In this document: piece after piece, positions 1 through 8,214 of the stretch | Numbering within the stretch: position 1 is the first letter of the stretch | Layout of the letters: the number at the start of each line of letters is the position of its first letter | Assembly (NCBI RefSeq): GCF_006345805.1 | Contig: NW_021826426.1 | Span: 1 to 12,986, forward strand | Reading direction: 5' to 3' | DNA from: Octopus sinensis | Taxonomy: Eukaryota | Length of the DNA stretch: 12,986 bases | Program-made: the position numbers and the translations under genes | Notes under the pieces: generated by a model | Database searches by the model: none | Seen by the model: the letters and a program-made list of their open reading frames with translations, nothing else | Told to the model about the DNA's origin: nothing

Positions 1-123
1 TTCTCTCTCACTGTCTGTCTGTTTGTCAGTCTGTCCGTCGCCCAAAATCATTTTAATTTCTGTTTTTCAAAGTCTGGTATTTATCTGTTACCTTATACCA
101 AACCGGCAGATTGCAGACAGCCA

Positions 124-320
124 AAACAAACCAACACCGGTTGTGGAGCGGTGGTGGTGGTGAGGTGGGTGACAAACACAGGCATAAACACACACACTCA
201 CACAAACACGGACAGGCACACAAACACGCACAAACACATACACACACATATATGACAGGCTTCAACTCAGTTTCCATCTACCAAATTTTCTCATAAGGCA
301 ATTGGTTGGTTGGGGGTTAT
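124..320 (-). mobile_element. Diverged internal fragment of tRNA-derived SINE family A
   Basis: CCAACACCGGTTGT...GACAAACAC-(CA)n-GACAGGCTTCAACTCAGTTTCCATCTACCAAAT...CATAAGGCAATTGGT is the reverse complement of the central part of the 915-1380 copy and co-linear with 6595-6810. Confidence 0.8.
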
Positions 321-327
321 GTTAATT

Positions 328-375
328 CGGTGCCCCAGCCTGGCCGCAGTCCAATGACCGAAACGAGTAGAAAGA
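328..375 (+). mobile_element. 3' tail fragment of SINE family A
   Basis: CGGTGCCCCAGCCTGGCCGCAGTCCAATGACCGAAACGAGTAGAAAGA matches 1320-1366 (CGGTGCTCCAGCATGGCCGCAGTCAAATGACTGAAACAAGTTAAAGA). Confidence 0.8.
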
Positions 376-914
376 TGACAAACTAAAAGATAATGAAGCG
401 ATAAATGGACGCCATATTTTTTGTGTGCTCATTACAGACTACATTTGTCTGTAATTAACAGGATTAAATTATACATATTTTTTCTTAACTGTCATGGCCT
501 TTAGCTGTTATCATTAAATAAATTCAAAATGCGTGCAAAACTCATTGCGGAATGTCGAAATCGGAATAAGCTTCGTTAATTGAAGAAAATCAAAGAGAAA
601 TTTTAAAAAAGAAAATGTTTGTGGAAAAAGTTAAACGATTTCCACGCTGATGTATTAACAAAATAAAAACAGGTTAGAGTTTGCAGAAGATTAAATAAAC
701 TTTGTGTACTGAAAGTGTACTTAGAAGTTAAAGAAAACATTTTATTCCGGTCTCTTATATAATCCATACGCGTGTTATATAGTTACGCGGTGTTATTACT
801 TCTGGCTGGTGATATAAGTAAGATTTCGTAACCTGTAACGTGAATCTGCTAAATCGGTTAAATGCATGAGAGTAGGAGAATTGCAATGCAATGAAGCCTA
901 TGCAATTAGGCGTA

Positions 915-1380
915 GGCGCAGGCTTGGCTGTGTGGTAAGAAGCTTGCTTCCTAACCACATGGCTCCGGGTTCAGTCCCACCACGCGGCACCTGGGGCAAG
1001 TGTCTTTAACTATCACCAAAGTGTCTTTTACTACGACAAAAGCCTTGTGAGTGGAATTAGGAGATGGAAACTGAGAGAAACTTATTTTATACATTGATAT
1101 ATATTTATATGTGTGTGTGTGTGAGCGTGAGTGTGTGTATGTATATATTTATGTGTGTGTGTGTCTGTATTTGTCCCCCCACCATCGATCAACAACCCAT
1201 GTTGGTGTGTTTACGTCCCCGTCACCTAGAGGTTCGGCGAAAAGAGACGATAGAATAAGTACTAGGCTTACAAAGAATAAATCCTGGGGTTGATTTCTTA
1301 AACTAAGAACTCTTTAAGGCGGTGCTCCAGCATGGCCGCAGTCAAATGACTGAAACAAGTTAAAGAATAAAAAGAAAATA
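915..1380 (+). mobile_element. Full-length tRNA-derived SINE family A (CORE-like central motif, internal (TG)n, A-rich tail)
   Basis: Pol III A-box TGGCTGTGTGG 925-935, B-box GGTTCAGTCCC 968-978, CORE-like CACCTGGGGCAAGTGTCTT, internal TA/TG microsatellite, 3' end GAAACAAGTTAAAGAATAAAAAG; four other partial copies in the window. Confidence 0.9.
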
Positions 1381-1501
1381 ATATATATATAATAACAGTT
1401 ATCGCCATACGAATATGGCATTCTTATAAAAATAAGAATAAAGCTGTCCGCTTATTAGCTCCATGAGGCCATCGCCTTAAGTTAGCTATTTGATACACAA
1501 A

Positions 1502-1720
1502 CTTTTACTTGTTTTAGTTATTGGACCGTGGCCATACTGGAGCACTGTCTTGAAGGGTTTTAGTTGAGGCCTATCGACCCCGGACTTATGTTTTTTAACC
1601 CTGGAGCTTATTCTATTGCAACCTTTTTGCTGTACCTCTAACTTACGAGGACATTAACAAACCAATACCGGTTGTAAAACAGTGGTGAGTGGAGAAACAC
1701 AAAAATACACGCACGCACAC
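1502..1720 (-). mobile_element. 3' half of SINE family A (diverged, opposite orientation)
   Basis: CTTTTACTTGTTTTAGTTATTGGACCGTGGCCATACTGGAGCACTG...TCGACCCCGGACTTAT...CTTATTCTAT is the reverse complement of ~1160-1370. Confidence 0.85.
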
Positions 1721-1752
1721 ACCCACAAAAATATACATACTACATACATGCA

Positions 1753-1786
1753 TATATATATATATATAATATAGATATATATATAT

Positions 1787-1830
<44 letters not shown>

Positions 1831-1847
1831 CAACATATATATATATA
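1753..1847. repeat. (TA)n microsatellite, left flank of the Helitron
   Basis: Directly visible TA dinucleotide array. Confidence 0.95.
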
Positions 1848-2080
1848 CTAGCCTAGGTGACCTGCTCTACGCGCGAGTAAGAGTGTGGTTGTTACTTTCT
1901 GTTGCTTCCTTTCTGTTTCTTATCACCACATTCTCCCCCTTTGTTTCTCTCTCCTTTCTCTCTCACTTTCCCACTCTCTTACCCTTCCTTTCTCTCGGAT
2001 TCTCCCTCGCTTTCTCTTACTCTCTATCTTTCTCTATCTCTTTCTCACTCCCATTTATAAACAACAAAAAATCTTGAGTA

Positions 2081-2727
2081 AGTTGCCATGCAAACTCGCC
2101 AGCACTTTTAACATAGGTGTGCATATTTTGAAAGATCAATCATAAATATCAGGCAGTGACAACGGAAAGGTCTGCTTCAAGGCAGACAGCAAAACACTGA
2201 CATTTAAAAGGGACAGACGAACTTGCGAGCTGAATAGAAATAAAAAAAATATTGGAAACCAAAGTTTGAAGGGATAGAATCTGAGGATAGTAGAGTCACC
2301 ATGGCTGACATTTCTTAACGACGGACAGCAACATAGTGGCAGTTTAACGGCTGGCATAAAATTTTTAGCTTGATGTAAAAGAAAATTCCTAAACACCAAG
2401 TTTTGAAGTGATTCTTTCTCACGACAGTAGACTCACCATGGCAAGCATTCAAAACTTCTTCATCATGGACGGCAACACATTGAAGATTTAAAGGCTGGCG
2501 CAAATTTTTTAGCTTGATGTAACAGAGAATTCCTAAATACCTGCTCCTGTAAATCTTAATCCCCTTCCAGCCCATTTAGCCCCTTTTTCACATTTTGGTT
2601 AATATAGCCCGATTTCATTCGGGTCTACTCGGGCCACATTTTATAAGATGAGGTCACGCCTTTCATTTGAGGAAAAAATAGTTACCATGCAAACTCGCCA
2701 GCACTTTAACATAGGTGTGCATATTTT
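2081..2727. repeat. ~49-bp dispersed direct repeat pair (2081-2129 and 2680-2727)
   Basis: AGTT(G/A)CCATGCAAACTCGCCAGCACTTT(T)AACATAGGTGTGCATATTTT occurs twice, with one substitution and one indel. Confidence 0.9.
2150..2541. repeat. Three diverged ~140-bp tandem units inside the Helitron
   Basis: 2286-2397 vs 2423-2541 share AGTAGA(G/C)TCACCATGGC...GGAC(A/G)GCAACA...TTTAA(C/A)GGCTGGC...TTTTTAGCTTGATGTAA...AATTCCTAAA(C/T)ACC; 2150-2285 is a more decayed unit (GACAGCAAAACACTGACATTTAAA, AAGTTTGAAG). Confidence 0.8.
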
Positions 2728-2784
2728 CAGCTCAACCGACCACATATGCGCACATTGATAATATATATTATATATATATATAGA

Positions 2785-2797
2785 TATATATATATAT

Positions 2798-2836
<39 letters not shown>

Positions 2837-2963
2837 ATATTTACATATATACGCATTATATATACAAATGGTATACAAATTATATATATATATGCATTAA
2901 ATATATATGTACATATATACGCATTATATATACAAATGTATACAAATTATATATATATATATA
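2785..2963. repeat. (TA)n-rich microsatellite with a 68-bp-period duplication
   Basis: TACATATATACGCATTATATATACAAATG(G)TATACAAATTATATATATA at ~2842 and ~2910. Confidence 0.9.
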
Positions 2964-2968
2964 ATATA

Positions 2969-3521
2969 ATTCATAAATGAGGCAAGGAAAAAAATTCTAA
3001 TGCCAAATAATGCCGAAAAATTGGACATATTGTCCATTAACCATATAATTTTTTCACAATACGCACGCTACCTCGAAAAAGGCTGACAGAAATTTCTAAA
3101 AAATTCCATTATTACCATATCGGACCGATTTCAGAGTTAGCTACTAAGAGCTCTCTCTTCGTCAGTGATACATGTGGTAAAAGAAATAAATGAGATACTT
3201 ACATCATACCCATGGAAGAAGCAAACACTAAGTCACGGGCACGACTAAGTACCCCCCAAATACATCCAAATAGAAATACTCCAGCCCATCCGAGGCACAC
3301 GTGCGATTGAACTGAGGCTCTCACGAGTGGAGTTAGTTAGTTCGGAAGTGAACGCTTAAATTTATATCAAATGTGAGGATAAAATTCTTTTCGAAAAAAA
3401 TTTTATCAATGGCCAGCATATTAAAAAAATACCTTTAACGGTTAAATTTATAAACATTCATAAATGAGGGCAAAGGAAAAAAATTCTAATGCCAAAAATG
3501 CCGAAAAATTGGACATATTGT
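2969..3521 (-). mobile_element. Hammerhead-containing repeat, 487-bp unit plus ~65-bp terminal redundancy (PLE pseudo-LTR or retrozyme-like)
   Basis: ATTCATAAATGAGG...GGAAAAAAATTCTAATGCCAAA.AATGCCGAAAAATTGGACATATTGT at 2969-3033 and 3456-3521; a hammerhead lies between; no ORF. Confidence 0.65.
3112..3180 (-). ncRNA. Minimal type-I hammerhead ribozyme, intact catalytic core
   Basis: Minus strand: UUACCA-CAU-GUAUCA [CUGACGA] AGAG-AG-AGCU-CUUAGU-AGCU-AA-CUCU [GAAA] UCG [GUC] CGAUAU-GGUAA. Core at 3165-3159 and 3132-3129; predicted cut between 3123 and 3122; stem I has one A-C mismatch next to the cut. Confidence 0.8.
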
Positions 3522-3837
3522 TCGAGTCAAATATTGTTCTCCATTTCTAATCATTTCTTTCAGAATGATAAACATTTTCCAGCAACGATGTAGAAGGTGC
3601 TAAACATTTGAGGAATTAAGGATGTAACAGACAAGAACTCGATGAAGGGCGAAAGTTCATTGAAAGGACACAAAGTTTACTTCTTTCTCTTGTTTCTATT
3701 TCACCTCATTTGAGATTGGAGCAAAATGATTCCATTAAACTCACGCACCTTTATAATTATAATTCACAAATTCATCAATTTATTAACTCTTTTTAGCATA
3801 AAGTGAGGATCAAAGCGGAAATAAGATGTATAATATA

Positions 3838-4083
3838 CAGTTGTGGTACAAAAGTAGATGTACAGTATCGTATCAATGCTATAGTAATTAATTCATTAAA
3901 ATTATTAGAACATTAAATTAATTAGCCTCGTTTTTGATATTTTCAGTGTCTTTAATCCTGATAATACATTTATCATAACTATAATAATACTTTTATCGTA
4001 ACTTTTAATTTTTTGATAAAAATATATTGAGGATTGTACGTGTTTTCGTTTATCATAACGGCGCACCTACTTTTGCACCAACC

Positions 4084-4085
<2 letters not shown>
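3838..4085. mobile_element. Tc1/mariner-type MITE (~248 bp), old
   Basis: Left TA|CAGTTGTGGTACAAAAGTAGATGTACAGT vs right (revcomp) TA|CAGGT-TGGTGCAAAAGTAGGTGCGCCGT, about 22/29 identical by hand; TA on both sides; AT-rich non-coding interior. Confidence 0.7.
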
Positions 4086-4116
<31 letters not shown>

Positions 4117-4310
4117 AATTATCTACATGCAGATTTGCATATACATGTATACATACGCACATGCATATATGTATATATATCTGTCTATATGCATGTATGT
4201 ATGTATTTATATGTACACACACACACACACGTATATATATATATGATATATATGTGTATGTGTATATATATATATGTGTGTGTGAGTGTGTGAGTGTATG
4301 TGTGTGTATG

Positions 4311-4369
<59 letters not shown>
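4086..4369. repeat. Compound (TG)n/(TA)n/(CA)n microsatellite
   Basis: Directly visible. Confidence 0.95.
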
Positions 4370-4370
<1 letters not shown>

Positions 4371-4680
4371 GAGGCGCAATGGCCCAGTGGTTAGGGCAGC
4401 GGACTCGCGGTCGTAGGATTGCAGTTTCGATTCCCAGACCGGACGTTGTGAGTGTTTATTGAGCGAAAACACCTAAAGCTCCACGATGCTCGGGCAGGGG
4501 GTGGTGGCGATCCCTGCTGTACTCTTTCGCCACAACTTTCTTTCACTCTTTCTTCTGTTGGTCTGCTCGCTTAGCCAGCGGGGTGGCGTCATTTGAAGGC
4601 TAAAACAATGCGATCGCATTGTGACCAGCGATGTGTAGCAACATCTGATAGCCTGGTCGGTCACGGTGATCACCGTGATA
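4370..4680 (+). mobile_element. tRNA-derived SINE family B (tRNA-Arg-like head; resembles octopus OR-type SINEs)
   Basis: A-box TGGCCCAGTGG 4380-4390, B-box GTTTCGATTCC 4424-4434; second copy at 12763+; structured 3' end with hairpin and 18-bp palindrome. Confidence 0.88.
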
Positions 4681-5097
4681 TATATATATATATAATCCAA
4701 TACAAGAAAATCAGTCTCTTCTACACTGGTTTGGCGGTTTTATACCAATATAGCAGAGAAAAAGTTTTCTACTATTCAAATGGGTATATATTCAATATAC
4801 AAAAATGAAAAGAAAATGGAGATTACTATTGACACATTCTAATTTATTAAAATAATATATTATTGATAAAATATAATATAATATAATATAATATAATATA
4901 AATATATACATTATAATCCTACAATTGTTTCAATTGAGACCCTATAATAAATTTATAAAAAACCATGCCTATGGGTAAGAATCTCACCAAGAAAATATTT
5001 GACTAAAATTACAAGTGACGATTTTTAGTTCTTACAAAAGACTGATTTCAATCCATTCTAGAATCTAAAAATCTTCATAAGTAATTTTTGTTAAATG

Positions 5098-5175
5098 TTT
5101 CCCTGATGAGGTTCTTACCCATAAGTGATTTTTTATAAATTTATTATTGGGTCTCAACCGAAACAATTGTGGGAT
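5098..5175 (+). ncRNA. Minimal type-I hammerhead ribozyme motif with long stem II (cleavage triplet GUG, probably inactive)
   Basis: UUUCC [CUGAUGA 5103-5109] GGUU...ACCCAUAA...UUAUUGGGU...AACC [GAAA 5160-5163] CAAUUG U G GGA. Palindromic stem III ACAAUUGU. The inverted copy at ~4915-4992 keeps GUA but has a decayed core. Confidence 0.7.
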
Positions 5176-5204
5176 TATATTATTTATATTTATATTATAT
5201 CATC

Positions 5205-5205
<1 letters not shown>

Positions 5206-5261
<56 letters not shown>

Positions 5262-5275
5262 TAATAATAATAATA
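5206..5275. repeat. (TAA)n microsatellite within the right arm of the inverted repeat
   Basis: Directly visible. Confidence 0.95.
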
Positions 5276-5427
5276 TGTCACTAAATTAAAATGTGCCAAT
5301 CGTAAATCTCCCTTTTCTTTTCATTTTTGTGTATATTTATATGTGAGTATATATAAATATATATCTATACATATATGTGTATATATGTATATATGTGTGT
5401 GTATGTGTGTGTATATGTGCATGTATG

Positions 5428-5462
<35 letters not shown>

Positions 5463-5496
5463 TGTGTGTAATAGTAAATAATATAGTCGAATATAT

Positions 5497-5539
5497 AACC
5501 ACATGTGAGTCGTTGGCGACTTTTTCCTCCATCAGGTTT
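5497..5539 (-). ncRNA. Degenerate hammerhead relic downstream of the PLE ORF
   Basis: Minus: AAAC [CUGAUGG] AGGAAAA-AGUCG-CCAA-CGACU-C (GAA missing) ACAUGU GGUU; stem II and palindromic stem III are recognisable, core is broken. Confidence 0.5.
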
Positions 5540-5565
5540 GAGGGGGAGAGAGGCGAGGGGGGAGG

Positions 5566-5768
5566 TTAGATGAAGAGGGGAGGAGAGTTGAGCCCATGTG
5601 GTGCAAAGGAGCGAAGAGAGAAGATTAATCCCTGTCCACGGCACAAACAAGAGTCCGGATGGCTCCTGTGCAAGGAAATTCCGAACACGGACAGGTGTGG
5701 CAAAGTGACCGGTAGAGCGGAAATGGCGCGAGACCGAGGTATCCTTACCGAGTCGTGTCTCGGAGGTG
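5566..5768 (-). pseudogene. C-terminal GIY-YIG endonuclease fragment of a Penelope-like retroelement (frameshifted)
   Basis: Manual translation across two frameshifts: HLRD/RLGKDTSVSRHFRSTGH/HLSVFGISLHRSHPDSCLCRGQGLIFSLRSFAPHGLNSPPLFI* (stop 5568-5566). This fits the PLE EN pattern EH..PVxxHFxxxGH..R..E..I..L.T..P.GLN. Missed by the ORF track. Confidence 0.8.
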
Positions 5769-5789
5769 TATATATATATATAAGGGGGG

Positions 5790-5960
5790 GGGGGTACAGG
5801 ACATCACCAACGGTGTAAATAACATGAAATACGTAAACAAACGAGTTGAATACGTATACAACGAGAAAAAATGGAAAATTGGACCAGTAAACGCAGAGAA
5901 AGGACCCTTCATCAGTTGTTGGCCGGATGAATCCTTCGAATGTTCAAAACGAGAGAAAAG
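5790..5960 (-). repeat. Unclassified interspersed repeat (family D), related to 8215-8385
   Basis: Minus strand ACAACTGATGAAGG...T-rich...GATGTCCTGTACCC parallels ACAACCGATGAAGA...T-rich...GACGTCCTGTACCC at 8245-8383. Confidence 0.55.
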
Positions 5961-6134
5961 GAAACCGCGATGTTCCTCTGGAACACTTCTGTCCTCAACC
6001 GTAAAGAGAACATTTACGTAATGTTTGCGGTTTTAGACATTAGAGTGGTACTTTATCAGGCTTGCATCAAAGTTGCGCTCTTACATTGTACGCTTCTCCG
6101 GAAATACCCCACCTCTATACCCTACAAAGACCTA

Positions 6135-6192
6135 GATATATATAATATACTTACATATATACATACACACACACACACACATACATCACATA

Positions 6193-6235
<43 letters not shown>

Positions 6236-6403
6236 TATATATAATATATTATATATATACATGTATATATATATATGGTATATATATATATACACATACA
6301 TATATCACAAAGTAGGGAGACAAGTCCAGGTATGTATGTATGTATGTATGTATGTATGTATGTATGTATGTATGCGTGTGTACATATGTATATGCATACA
6401 TAT
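6135..6403. repeat. Compound (TA)n/(CA)n/(TATG)n microsatellite
   Basis: Directly visible; explains ORF 5940-6482. Confidence 0.95.
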
Positions 6404-6426
6404 AGTCGTTGATTATGGCCGGTTAG

Positions 6427-6571
6427 AAGCTGGCGAGCTGGCAGAAATGCTTAGCGGTATTTCGTCTGTCTTTACGTTCTGAGTTCAAATTCCGCCGAGG
6501 TCAACATTGCCTTTCATCCTTTCGGGGTAGATCTAATCGACTAACCCCACCACCCAAAATTCTGAGCCTTG
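6427..6571 (+). mobile_element. Internally deleted SINE family C copy
   Basis: GGCGAGCTGGCAGAAATGCTTAGCGGTATTTCGTCTG..TTACGTTCTGAGTTCAAATTCCGCCGAGGTC..TTGCCTTTCATCCTTTCGGGGT matches 11488-11608; CCCAAAATTCT matches ~11850. Confidence 0.85.
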
Positions 6572-6675
6572 CCGAATAGCTAAGTTACAGGGACGTAAAT
6601 ACATCAGCATTGGTTGTCAAGCGATGTTGGACACACACACACTCACACGCACGCACGCACGCACGCACACACACA

Positions 6676-6734
<59 letters not shown>

Positions 6735-6912
6735 ATATGTATATACGACAGGCTTCTTTCAGTTTCCGTCAACAAAACCACTTACAAGTCTTTGGTCGTC
6801 CCGCAGTTATAGTAAAAGACACTTGCCCAAGGTGCCACGCAGTAGGACTGAACCCGGAACCATATGGTTGGGAAGCAAGCTATTGTACTTACCACGCAGC
6901 CACTCCTGTGCC
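6569..6912 (-). mobile_element. SINE family A, 3'-truncated, with long internal (CA)n (6631-6732)
   Basis: Reverse complement of 915-1240, including the tRNA head (GACACTTGCCCAAGGTGCCACGCAGTAGGACTGAACCCGGAACCATATGGTTGGGAAGCAAGC...ACCACGCAGCCACTCCTGTGCC). Confidence 0.9.
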
Positions 6913-7169
6913 TGTATATTTATATATACAGATAGACAAACAGACTGACATACCGACAGACAGACAGATGGATAATTAGGTAGATAGATAAACTGATGGG
7001 TTTGGGTGACCTCCTGTGCGCATGTGCACGCGCGTGTTGCTTATTTTCTATTAATAAACGAGTATATGTCAACTTGAGAAAACATTAATCATAAATATAG
7101 GCATATACATACCTACGCACACGCATATACACCTATACATTCATATGTGTACATGCACGCACCTGTGTC

Positions 7170-7371
7170 TTTATATATATATATATATACACACACACAT
7201 ATACGTGTAATTATATATTATACAAATATTGGTACAAAATTCTCTCTCTCTTCACTCTTTCTATGTATATATATGTGTTGTGTGTGCGTGTATATACACA
7301 CACACAACACACATATATATATATATTTACACACTCTAATATACATGAGTGTATAAGTGTATATATATATA

Positions 7372-7436
<65 letters not shown>

Positions 7437-7497
7437 GCACACACACACACATATATATATATATATTTACACACTCTAATAATATATGAGTGTATAG

Positions 7498-7547
<50 letters not shown>

Positions 7548-7552
7548 TATAT
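7170..7552. repeat. Compound TA/CA microsatellite with 140-bp-period duplication
   Basis: ATTTACACACTCTAAT(A)ATA(C/T)ATGAGTGTATA(A/G)GTGT at 7325-7360 and 7465-7502. Confidence 0.9.
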
Positions 7553-7774
7553 TACATGAAGTTATGAAATGTACAAATACTGTAGGCAAATACATAAAAA
7601 TCCATCGTGCATGCTAATTTGCAAAAATATCTTCTAATTGTACTGATAATGCCGAATAATCGAAGGTTTTAGTATCTATTACATACGTGAGATGCTACCA
7701 TATTTGCATTCTGCTTACAGAGCAGTCCCTTCAGTTCCACACCCTCTTTCACCTTCTCCCGCCTTCTCTATGAG

Positions 7775-7788
7775 TATATACATATATG

Positions 7789-7852
<64 letters not shown>

Positions 7853-7890
7853 GATATATATTATATATAATATATATATATATATATATG
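7775..7890. repeat. (TA)n microsatellite
   Basis: Directly visible. Confidence 0.95.
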
Positions 7891-8214
7891 ATACGTACAT
7901 ACATAAGTATGGGCGTAGTATAATATTTATATTCATCTTGTTTTTTCTTCACCCTTCCCAAGTCATATGATGCTATAGAAATTTTGGCGTAGGATTGGAA
8001 TCCAGGTTGGGCTTTTTCGCTCGTCGAAATTCCTGACCCTGCACAATAATTATAGCGTACTACACCATTAAATTCAGCATCAACCCATCCCTTATTTCTG
8101 GTGTTCTACATTTTGAACCTTAATAAATTTATTCTCACCAGGATTTCTTCAAAATTCGAACTTTCATTTTGTACTTGCTTATTCGATCCTGACTTTTATT
8201 TTAAAAAAATATTC

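Larger units (their letters stand above)
1848..2784 (-). mobile_element. Non-autonomous Helitron (rolling-circle transposon), ~937 bp
   Basis: Minus strand reads A|TCTATATATAT... (5' TC at 2784-2783) and ends ACTCGCGCGTAGAGCAGGT (imperfect GC-rich hairpin, 1878-1860), 8-nt spacer, CTAG|T (1851-1848). Inserted between A and T within (TA)n, no TSD needed. Carries a CT-rich tract (1895-2052) and internal repeats; no Rep/Hel ORF. Confidence 0.75.
4795..5336. repeat. ~540-bp imperfect inverted repeat (arms ~4795-5032 and ~5060-5336) of a hammerhead-bearing PLE-like terminus
   Basis: ACAAAAATGAAAAGAAAATGGAGATT / AATCTCCCTTTTCTTTTCATTTTTGT; ATAATCCTACAATTGTTTCAATTGAGACCC / GGGTCTCAACCGAAACAATTGTGGGATTAT; TATGGGTAAGAATCTCA / TGAGGTTCTTACCCATA; GATTTTTAGTTCT / AGAATCTAAAAATC. 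Confidence 0.9.

Noticed and set aside
998-1033. Short duplication AAGTGTCTTT(A/T)ACTA within SINE A
   Set aside because: Copy-specific local rearrangement with no evident function.
2150-2727. Spaced repeats as a CRISPR-like array
   Set aside because: Only 2-3 long diverged units, no unique spacers, no cas genes, eukaryotic context; explained as Helitron-internal repeats.
3577-3621. FQQRCRRC*TFEEL resembling a mariner transposase C-terminus
   Set aside because: Too short and degenerate to support without a search.
4373-4445. tRNA gene-like sequences (also 915-990 and 12766-12838)
   Set aside because: A/B boxes are present but the cloverleaf is imperfect and they continue into multicopy SINE bodies.
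7638-7676. CTGATAA...CGAAGG hammerhead-like relic
   Set aside because: Both boxes deviate and stem II does not pair; indistinguishable from chance.
7700-7775. Possible splice acceptor (CTTACAG) / small exon and octamer motif ATTTGCAT
   Set aside because: No convincing donor, reading frame or neighbouring exons; such short motifs are expected by chance.
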